From Octopus sinensis (Eukaryota): a stretch of 64,000 nt of DNA. The position numbers were made by a program, and so were the translations under genes. The notes under the pieces are model-generated. The model did no database searches. It was not told the DNA's origin and saw nothing but the letters and a program-made list of their open reading frames with translations. Shown one piece after another: positions 25,458 to 34,648 of the stretch. The stretch's first letter is position 1. Every line of letters begins with the position of its first letter. The stretch is from assembly GCF_006345805.1 (NCBI RefSeq), contig NC_043001.1, forward strand, positions 30,132,001 through 30,196,000. The letters are read 5' to 3'.

Positions 25458-25557
25458 AAATGAGAAGGAAAGTGAATACAACATTGTGAGTGTATCATTA
25501 ACAAGTAATTTCAATTTACCATGTTTTCTTTTTCTCCTTTTTTCTGGTATTTGTCAG

Positions 25558-25651
25558 GTTATCATGTCGTTTGAACTCAAAAACACTGCCACAAGTATTT
25601 ACTTTCATCAGCTCCTTGGAAAGTTTTGCAGAACCACTTAACGTCTTCAAG
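25558..25651 (+). CDS. PRKDC: DNA-PKcs exon 12 in window
   Basis: tgtcag|(K)LSCRLNSKTLPQVFTFISSLESFAEPLNVFK|gtaaaa; resembles DFINALDQLSNPELLFK; phase 2/0. Confidence 0.9.
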
Positions 25652-25703
25652 GTAAAATTTTCATGCAGTATTTCAAACTTGTTTACTTTAACTTACAAAA
25701 CTG

Positions 25704-26241
25704 GATTTGGAAAATGCTGATAGGATTTGCAATAAATTATCAGTCAATCAGTTGAACTTTTCCTAAATCACAGTGGTCTGTGGTGCCAAACTAATGTTAT
25801 TGAACCATCTGCTTTAGCTGTAATAGGCTTTGCCGGTGAGTCCAGCTTCCACTAGTACCTTGTAACTTGCTGTAGGTTGCTGTTGCTGTTGAGCGAACGG
25901 TCTTCGTCCCAGAGCCTGCAAGATGGGAGAAGTCCGAAACGTGGTCCTTTGCTATTTGTAAGACCCGCAGAAGATTTGGAAAATGCTGATAGGATTTGCA
26001 ATAAATTATCAGTCAATCAGTTGAACTTTTCCTAAATCACAGTGGTCTGTGGTGCCAAACTAATGTTATTGAACCATCTGCTTTAGCTGTAATAGGCTTT
26101 GCCGGTGAGTCCAGCTTCCACTAGTACCTTGTAACTTGCTGTAGGTTGCTGTTGCTGTTGAGCGAACGGTCTTCGTCCCAGAGCTTGCAAGATGGGAGAA
26201 GTCCGAAACGTGGTCCTTTGCTATTTGTAAGACCCGCAGAA
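25704..26241 (+). repeat. Tandem duplication, 2 x 269 bp
   Basis: 25704-25972 and 25973-26241 differ at one site that I could find (gagcctgcaag vs gagcttgcaag). Confidence 0.95.
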
Positions 26242-26524
26242 GAGAGAGCAGGTCAACCCCAACACCGAGAGCATTGATGGATGGATGAATGCGCATCAAG
26301 GCTCAGCGGTTGCGTAGGAAGTCAGGGACGAGAAACAGGAAGAAAGAATGAGAGAAAGTTGAAGCGAAAGAGTACAACAGGGGTTTTCACCACCCCCTGC
26401 CAGAGCCTCGTGGAGCTTTAGGTGTTTTCGCTCAATAAACACGCACAACACCCGGTCTGGGAATTGAAACCACGATCCTCCGACCGCGAGTCCGCTGCCC
26501 TAACCATTGGGCCATTGCGCCTCC
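26085..26524 (-). mobile_element. SINE with tRNA-Arg-like head
   Basis: The minus strand starts ggaggcgcaatggcccaatggttagggcagcggactcgcggtcggaggatcgtggtttcaattccc (A box, TCG-containing loop, B box); related copy at about 36008-36321(-); 3' boundary approximate. Confidence 0.7.
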
Positions 26525-28162
26525 TGGTGTAGGTTAGTCACACCTCCATTTCAAATGGAAGGCCTTTTTACAAGATCCATTTCCAGTTTGGCTATTTGTA
26601 ACTGTTGACCAACAGTTTAGAAATAAACCTCTTTTTTTGAAGTTGCTAATTAAACGGAATCTAATGATTCTTGTATTTTTAGAATTGAAATAACACTAAT
26701 TTCAAGTATAGACACAAGATCTTAGATTTATCTAACAAAGAGAATAGGGTAGTGGGGTAATTATACCACTTCCAGTTTCATTTCAATTAACACTTAGAAG
26801 TAAAATAGTCTTGATATGGAAAGCCAAAGTCATTGCCTTGGTTCTCTACAAGCTCACAGCACTTTCTTAGTATACAGACAAGGAATTAATCATTATAAGA
26901 CAAGAGAAAAATACAATGATGTAATGTTCGTGTTTTTTCCAAAGAGCTTAAAAATAGAAATTACTCTGGATGTCCAAATCAGGTGCAGTGACTCAGTTGA
27001 GCAATAACTAACTTGTTACTCTATGGTTCTTAGCTTGAGAATAAATATTAAATTGAGAAATAGAATTTTATATCAGAGTATGGAACACAAAATTTATTCA
27101 TCATCATCATCGTTTAACGTTCGCTTTCCATGCTTTCATAGGTTGGACGATTTGACTGAGGTCAGGCGCACCAGATGGCTGCACCAGACTCCAATCTGAT
27201 CTGGCAGAGTTTCTACAGCTGGATGCCCTTCCTAATGCCAACCACTCCGAGAGTGTAGTGGGTGCTTTTTACGTGCCACCGGCACAAGGGCCAGTCAGGC
27301 GGTACTGGCAATGGCCACGCTCAAATGGTGCTTTTTATGTGCCACCTGCACAGGAGCCAGTCCAGCAGCACTGGCAACGACCTCGCTGGAATGTTTTTTT
27401 CACGTGCCACCAGCACAAGTGCTAGTAAAGGAACACAGGTAATGATCACGCTCGAATGGTGTTTTTAACTTACCATCGACATGGAGGCCAGCTTGTTGCT
27501 CTGGCAACGGTCTCACACATATGGTACTCTTAGCACTCCACTAGCACGGATGCCAGTCATCGAATTTGATTTCGATTTTGCCATTTCAGGCTTACAGAGT
27601 ATAACTTGTTTTAAATAGCTACATTCTGCTGTGAAGCTACTGTGATCAATGTTGTAGAATACTTAGAATATCCAAAAACATTATTGAAAATATCCTATGG
27701 TTTGGTATTCAGCATGTGACCAGCCACGCTCACTGTGCATTGAGCAACAATGGTAGAGATGGTTCGAATATGGCTGTGAATCTCCTTGTATGTTATATTT
27801 TGGAGACTTCTATGCCCTAATATAGGACAAAGACCATTCATTTATGCTGTTATTGGCATGAAATTAGGGACTTACCAAAGCTAATGGAGGGCAGATATTC
27901 CTGCTGTGGCATGGAATGGTGAAATGCATCTCATTTGCAACCACAAGAAGCTTGTTGTTGCTGTTATTGTTATAGTATATGCCTCCTGCATTTTGATATT
28001 GCTTTAGCCGTTTATCCATTTTAGTATCAACAGTCTTCTCAGATAAATTCTATAGTGTCTCATTTTCTTGCAGATTTAGTTCAAATTTTATCAAATTGTT
28101 ATTTTTTGTCTTTAATTTTTATTTGAGAGTATTCAAATGAAAATAAGATTTAATATTTCCAG

Positions 28163-28297
28163 GATTGGTTTAAAAATGCCCTACAATTGTATTCAAAGAC
28201 TAACCCAAAAAAGCAGGAAGTCATAGAACTTTATAAGGACATGTGCTCATCTCTCTTTGAAGAAAATGTTAGCCCTTATTATCAGAAATTTACTGAG
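28163..28297 (+). CDS. PRKDC: DNA-PKcs exon 13 in window
   Basis: ttccag|DWFKNALQLYSKTNPKKQEVIELYKDMCSSLFEENVSPYYQKFTE|gtaatt; resembles DWSNDV...IEKMYERMYAAL...RKFIQ; phase 0/0. Confidence 0.9.
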
Positions 28298-28727
28298 GTA
28301 ATTATAAATCAATTTTACCTTAAATACCTAATTTACAAATATTCAAAGAAAATTTTGTTTCATTGAAGCAGTTTGTAGTTGTCTCTTGTTAGTACTTTAT
28401 TTCATCACAAAACAATTTTGTCATTTTCTTTTGGGTTTCTTTGGATTAATGAGTTTTCTTTCTTTTACTGTTTCTTCAAGTAGAAGTAATAAAAATATTA
28501 CTCATATGACTATAATATTACTAAAATATTCCTAATATTTTTAGTAATAAAATCTTTTGAACTTTTCTTTAAATAAAACAATCACTTTTTTATATATAAC
28601 AATGAAACATAGAGGAAAAAATTTACAGCAAGAAGTTAGTAGCCCCACCATCACCACGAAAAACAAAATACACTATACTAACAGACATAAAGTTCTATTG
28701 TATAAGAGTAAGATAAAGGAAGTAATG

Positions 28728-29126
28728 GGATCTTTTCGGTTTGACCGGCAGTTTTTAAAAATAATTTCCACGTAACTAAACACTTTTAAACTTCGTATAC
28801 TGGTAAAATGTGTTTATAAAACATCTTTTTCTCTTGGCTTTATTGAGAAAATTCTATAGTTTGTAAAATATTTGTTTTTTTTTTTCTTCAATTTCTGCAA
28901 TTTCAACCAATCAATGATGTCTGTTGAGGTGAAAGCATTCTGTGCCGTATGAATATGTCCCTCATTTAAGAAACAGATTGGGTTTATTTACATTTCTGAA
29001 GAAAAAAAGGGTACCCTTCCCCTAACCCAGATTGAAATGCAATAGATTGATACTAGGGTCATAATTATGGGTGACAATTTCATATGACACCGCTAGAAAA
29101 AACTGCCATTCAAACCGAAAAGATCC
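28728..29126. mobile_element. MITE with GG-starting TIRs and 8-bp TSD (Merlin-like)
   Basis: TIRs ggatcttttcggtttgaccggcagttttt / aaaaactgccattcaaaccgaaaagatcc; TSD aagtaatg at 28720-28727 and 29127-29134; superfamily inferred from TSD length and termini. Confidence 0.8.
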
Positions 29127-29462
29127 AAGTAATGTGTCATCAATAATGAAAGCACTAGAAGAGTACTGTTTTATTGCTGTTTCAGTTTGTAAAAGATGAA
29201 ATTGTAATTAAAAATGCAGACAAAATAATAGTTATGCACCTATTTTTATGTACATGATCATCATTTGATTTGAAAACATTGTGGGAAGATGAAAGAGTAC
29301 TGACGTTTAGTTTACTTCCTCCTGTTATCCTTTTCTTTATTTTTTCTACACTGTTTTTGTAACTCATTTTCTCACACTTTCTCTTTCTTTGTCACCTAAC
29401 CTTGCTCTCTTAGGTGGGAGAAAATAAAGAAAGGAAAGTGTTTAATAAATAGCTTGAGATGT

Positions 29463-29850
29463 GTCATCATCATCATCATTTAGCATCCGTTCTCCATGCT
29501 AGCATGGGTTGGACGGTTCAACTGGGGTCTGTGAAGCTGGAAGGCTTCATCAGGCCCAGTCAGATCTGGCAGTGTTTCTACGGCTGGATGCCCTTCCTAA
29601 CGCCAACCACTCCGTGAGTGTAGTGGGTGCTTTTTACGTGCCACCCGCACAGGTGCCAGACAGAGCTGGCAAACGGCCACGAACGGATGGTGCTTTTACG
29701 TGTCACTGGCACGGGGCCATGCGAGGCTGGCAACGGACACGAACGGATGGTGCTTTTACGTGCCACCAACTCGGGGGCCAGACAGAGCTGGCAAACGGCC
29801 ACGAAACGGATGGTGCTTTTACATGTCACCGGCACGGGGGCCAGGCGAGG
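29463..29850 (-). mobile_element. Representative short copy of the RTE-A 3' UTR repeat, containing a VNTR of about 60 nt (about 25 copies in the window)
   Basis: (CAT)n-cgtttaacgtccgttttccatgctagcatgggttggacgg...ggatgcccttcctaacgccaaccactcc...; four gtgcttttacgtgcc units spaced 63, 60 and 63 nt. Other copies start near 2175, 4140, 7029, 10805, 12381, 14283, 17057, 20041, 27100, 42087, 44233, 54076, 54778, 57272 and 63335 (minus) and end near 2822, 4130, 50520, 53695 and 60410 (plus). Confidence 0.88.
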
Positions 29851-30168
29851 TATGATATATATTTGGTACATGAAAAAGCTTCATATGCAATGATGTCCTT
29901 TTCTGTTTTCATGCCTGTCTTATGAAAATATCCAAATTATCATAATTATGTCAAATTTGACAACATCTCCATAGAAGGACTTATACATCACACATGTGAA
30001 TATGTTTTAGTATCTGACATATATCACCAAGTTTGTGTGTGTGTCTGTGTGTTTGTGACAAGTATTCACAAGACCTTTAGTAATATATAAAAGTATCCAT
30101 CTAAAACATCATTTTGAAAATATTCTCTTCCTTGTTTACTATTTAAATATTATTTAAATATTTTTCAG

Positions 30169-30237
30169 AATTTCCACTCTTTATTTGTTAATTCATTTGG
30201 AAAAGATGGTTCCAAGATAAATAAGATGAACAAACAG
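30169..30237 (+). CDS. PRKDC: DNA-PKcs exon 14 in window
   Basis: tttcag|NFHSLFVNSFGKDGSKINKMNKQ|gtaaac; FGKDGSK resembles FGKGGSK; phase 0/0. Confidence 0.9.
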
Positions 30238-30496
30238 GTAAACCAGCTGAATCAAAATTAGAAGTATTTCAATGTAAAAGTTGAGAATAATGCTGCTATT
30301 ATTACGGAAGGTATTTCTCTGTTAAAGAAGTGCAGGTGTGGCTGTGTGGTAAGAAGCTTGCTTCCCAACCACATGGTTCTGGGTTCAGTCCTACTACATG
30401 GTACCTTGGTAAAGTGTCTTCTGCTATAGCTTTGGGCCAACCAAAGCTATAGTAAGTGGAGTGGATTTGGTTGAGAGAAACTAAAAGAAGCCTGTC

Positions 30497-30535
<39 letters not shown>

Positions 30536-30711
30536 ATTTATAAGTAAGGGCAAAAGAAAAAATTTCTAATGCCAAAATATGCCCTTACTTATAAATTGTT
30601 TATAAATTTAACCTTTAAAGGTAGTTTTTTCGAAAAATTTTATCCTATATTAGATATATATATATATATATATATATCTAATATAGGATAAAATTTATAT
30701 TGGATAAAATA

Positions 30712-30750
<39 letters not shown>

Positions 30751-31983
30751 CAAATGTAAAGATAAGCAAGTTAGAGAGATCAATTTATAAAGTATATTAA
30801 ATACATGAAATACAATAAAGTATATATGTTTACATATAAAAAGGTCTCCAACAGCTGTTTCTGGGGGCTCAAGTCCCAGAATAATGCTTGTAGATTAATT
30901 CCATCATAGACTGAGATGAACTCCCACCTTCAGGGAAGAGATCTTATATTTGAGGTGTTAATCTATTGATCTGTCTAACTTGCTTATCCATACATTTATG
31001 TCTTTACCCACTCAAGTTTAAATCTCTTGAGCACTACAAAGTGTATTCTATACAAAGAATATCTGATTCTCATCTATGAACTGTGTGTATATATATATAT
31101 CTGTAAATATAATATGTGACAATTATTTGGTAGCTACGATAAAACTCCAAGTTTTGGATGTCAGGGCAGAAGTCCACACCGGCATCTCTTCAGTTATCGG
31201 GCCATCAAAAAATGCTATGAAAATGACTGTTAAACAAAGGAAAATTACTCTTTGATTGACCTTTATTAAGGCAAAAGAGCCATTAGAATGACCGCTAAAT
31301 AAGGGGAGGGAGTAAAAAGTAAAGGAGTAAAAATGCTCATAGCAATCACGTAAGCGCACATGTCCATACACACACATACGTGCACGTACACCCACATACG
31401 TGTGCATATGCTCATCCACACTTACTTGAAACACAAACATGCGCACCCACACGTATGCCAAAAAATATATATATACATACCCGCATACATGCACACACAC
31501 ACACACACACATGTGTACACAAAAAATTCCATAAACACGTCTATATATGCACATGCACAAGAAAAAATGCAGGGTGGAAGGTAAAATACAGAAAAAATGT
31601 GTTGAAAAATATATCTCTTATTATAAAAGGCAGATTTTATCTGCCTCCCTTTGGGAGTTATACAAATCTACAATATAGGATTTCTTCAATTACAATTTAC
31701 CTGGCATTTTTAAGAGTACAATGCATCGCGTCATGCCAGGTCCAGTTTTTAAAATTTAAACTCCAATTAAGCAAAATTTACAGAAAACTCACATTCTGGT
31801 GTGTGTGTCAAATGCTTTTCTTAGCCTGGTTTACACCACACGCAAACGCACACACACAGTGGGCAACGAATAAAATGAAACTAATTCACTTACTGTAGTG
31901 AGTGATTCTTTCACTCTGCCTCCCACTTCCTCTTTCCACACATACACACGCAAATATATAAATAAAATTGTAAGCTAACGTGC

Positions 31984-32017
<34 letters not shown>

Positions 32018-32612
32018 GTGACGGTGCGTGTGTGTGTGTGTGTGCGTGCGTGTGCGTGCGTGAGTGTGTGACAGGAAAGTTTTTTTAGACGAATATAACA
32101 CCTATATCCAAGTAGCAGAAAGATAAGACAGTAAGGTGTGATTTGAGGGAGATTTGGCTGCTATTTCTACCATGTCTAGCTGCCATGTAGGGGTCTCCCT
32201 CATAGGCTCATACATACATATATACATAGATAAGACAGTAAGGTGTGATTTGGGGGAAATTTTGCTGCTATTTCTACCAGGTCTAGCTACCATGTAGAGG
32301 TCCCCCTCAATTCTTTTATTCTTCTGCTTTTTCCAGCCATTGCTCTGTGGCCATGCTGGGGCAATGCCTTGAAGAATTGTAGTTTAATGAATCAACTCCA
32401 GTTTTATTTTTGTAAGCATTGTACTTATTCTATCTGTTTCCTTTGTCAAACCACTAGGTGACAGGGATGTAAACAAACCAACATTCGTTGTCAAGCAGTG
32501 GTGGAGGACAATCACAAGCACAGACACGCACACACACACACATACATGCATACACATATACACACATACATACATACATACATATATATATATATGTGTG
32601 TATATATATATA

Positions 32613-32870
32613 TTGCAGCGTGGAAGGTGTTTGTAAGCCATTTAAGAAACACACAAAAACCGTTACATTCACTTCAACATTTAAATTTAATTTGCCAAAA
32701 TATTTTCGTCACTTTGAGACCGCGACCTGTTCACTGACAAAAAATCGTGCTAACAGGTCGCGGTCTCAAAGCGACGAAAATATTTTGACAAATTAAATTT
32801 AAATGTTGAAGTGAATCTAACGGTTTTTGTGTGTTTCTTAAATGGCTTATAAACACCTTCAACGCTGCAA
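32613..32870. repeat. 258-bp hairpin element (arms about 119 bp, 20-nt spacer)
   Basis: ttgcagcgtggaaggtgtttgtaagcc...gacctgtt / aacaggtc...ggcttataaacaccttcaacgctgcaa. Confidence 0.9.
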
Positions 32871-33034
32871 CTGTTTTCGTTCCAGCACACAATCTCAGAT
32901 CAAGTCACTTGCTATGCAAGTACATCTCTGTAACTATATATATATTTATATATATATATATATATGTATATTGGTAAAAACAGTAAGATAACAAAAGAAA
33001 GAAAGAGACCTCAATATTATGTAAATAGAGGAAA

Positions 33035-33429
33035 TCTTTATATATAAAAGTGAGGTTGTGTGTCTGTCTCCTACGATTTAGATTCCTAACTACTCCCACA
33101 TTTTGCGGTGCAGTTTAACCAAAACCGGGTATCTTATAGTCGTGATTCATATCGAGACCGTCTGGGTATTAGCGCGCGTCTACGATGAGTCTACGATTTA
33201 AAAAAAAATTTACCATCAATTTTTCCCATTTTTAATCCATTTTTGACATATATAAGGGAAGTAACTCTCTAAAATTTATTATTAAATCTCAGAACGTAAA
33301 AAGCTACAGTAACACCCCTCCCCCTTTGTGGTTAGCCATATTGAGATGGCTATTATACTTTACATCTCTAAAAATGCTTATATAATTATTTCCCTTACAA
33401 ACCCGAGCAACGCCGGGCGATACTGCTAG
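33035..33429 (+). mobile_element. Complete non-autonomous Helitron-like element, 395 bp
   Basis: A|TCTTTATATATAAAAG at the 5' end; subterminal hairpin cccg-agcaacgc-cggg; CTAG|T at the 3' end; no TSD. Confidence 0.82.
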
Positions 33430-33437
33430 TGAGCAAT

Positions 33438-33674
33438 AAAAATATAAACCAATATCTCTATAAATATGTAAAAAATATATAAGAAATATTTATCCACATG
33501 TGGACATGTCCACATGTGGCTAAATATTTGTTACGTTTTTGGTCCTCCTGAGATCACAGATAGAACTTGCCTTTTATATTGTGTCCACATACAAGTTTTT
33601 TATCCCTCTATACTTTTTACTTATATTTCTTATATATTTTTTACATATTTATAGAGATATTGGTTTATATTTTT
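33438..33674. repeat. 52-bp perfect inverted repeat enclosing a nested palindrome
   Basis: 33438-33489 is the exact reverse complement of 33623-33674; 33484-33529 is a 46-nt loopless palindrome with 1 mismatch. Confidence 0.85.
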
Positions 33675-34032
33675 GTTTCTCATATATTTTTTTAACACAT
33701 TTTTGCTGCATTTTACCTTCCACTCTGTGTTTTTTTGAAGTAAGTAGCTGAGAATTTCAAAGATATGTGTACCCTTAATATGAATTCTTGGGTATAATCA
33801 GTGCAGCTTATTGTGTATCAAAGTTAGCTCTCTGGATTATAGACACAGCCAATTTGATGAGCTTTCAAGCAGTTTATCTAGTTATACATTCACTGGAGCT
33901 CATAAATATTTACCAGACCTTCTTATTTATGCATTTGGCATTCTAACCAGAGTTATCTGGCAGACATACACTGCATTTCTGTTTATATCAAAAGACAGAC
34001 AACGATAGGGATGGAAGTAGTAATAATATTGA

Positions 34033-34408
34033 CTAGCACTATGACCCGGCAACGCCAGGTCATAGTGCTAGTGCATGCATATACAGCTGCGTACGTGCGC
34101 ACATACACACGAGTACTGTCCAAATCTCTGACCAATCACATACAGCTAGCTGGCATTCAAGTGGCGTATCAAGTTTCAGGCATTTTGATTGGGTTTTGGA
34201 TAGAAAATTCACAAAAAAGTCACTTCTGTTGATTTTTTAATGGTTTTGCAGGGTGACTGGGGAAATGTAAAGATATGCATGACCACCCTTGGACGGTTTT
34301 GAATGACCATAGAAAGTGCGAGCCCTCTAACTGAAAAATTGTGGATTTCTATAAAGGACACACACACACACACACACACAGACATTTTGCAGTTTATATA
34401 TAGATAGA
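34033..34408 (-). mobile_element. Non-autonomous Helitron-like element
   Basis: Minus strand A|TCTATCTATATATAAAC...(GT)n...hairpin...CTAG|T. Confidence 0.78.
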
Positions 34409-34515
34409 TGATGATGATCATATTTATGCAGTGATATATTGTGAGAAGAATGGAGAAGACTAAACTACTTTTTTATTATTGCAATGCACACTATTGTTTT
34501 GTTTTCGTTATTTAG

Positions 34516-34648
34516 GAACTTCAAAAGCAACTTTTAGTCGTAAAGGAAAAGCTTGAAAAACAGAAGCTTAAAGAACCAAAGGCACTTGAAGAATTCAGTT
34601 CTTGGATGGCTAATTTTGACCCTTTGCTTGATACTTTGGAAATTCCTG
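34516..34648 (+). CDS. PRKDC: DNA-PKcs exon 15 in window
   Basis: atttag|ELQKQLLVVKEKLEKQKLKEPKALEEFSSWMANFDPLLDTLEIP+G|gttagt; resembles LKECSPWMSDF...LEIPG; phase 0/1. Confidence 0.94.

Noticed and set aside
28550-29330. Degraded frame with EIVIKNADK, reminiscent of a Penelope-like RT N-terminal motif, around the MITE
   Set aside because: One short motif among many stops; not enough to call.
29627-29845. Regularly spaced repeats of about 60 nt resembling a CRISPR array
   Set aside because: The intervening sequences are homologous to each other (not unique spacers), the DNA is eukaryotic, there are no cas genes, and the array is internal to a retroelement UTR.
32120-32310. Two copies of a unit of about 80 nt (agataagacagtaaggtgtgattt...)
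   Set aside because: Local duplication of a common dispersed repeat (reverse copy near 62700); no further structure.
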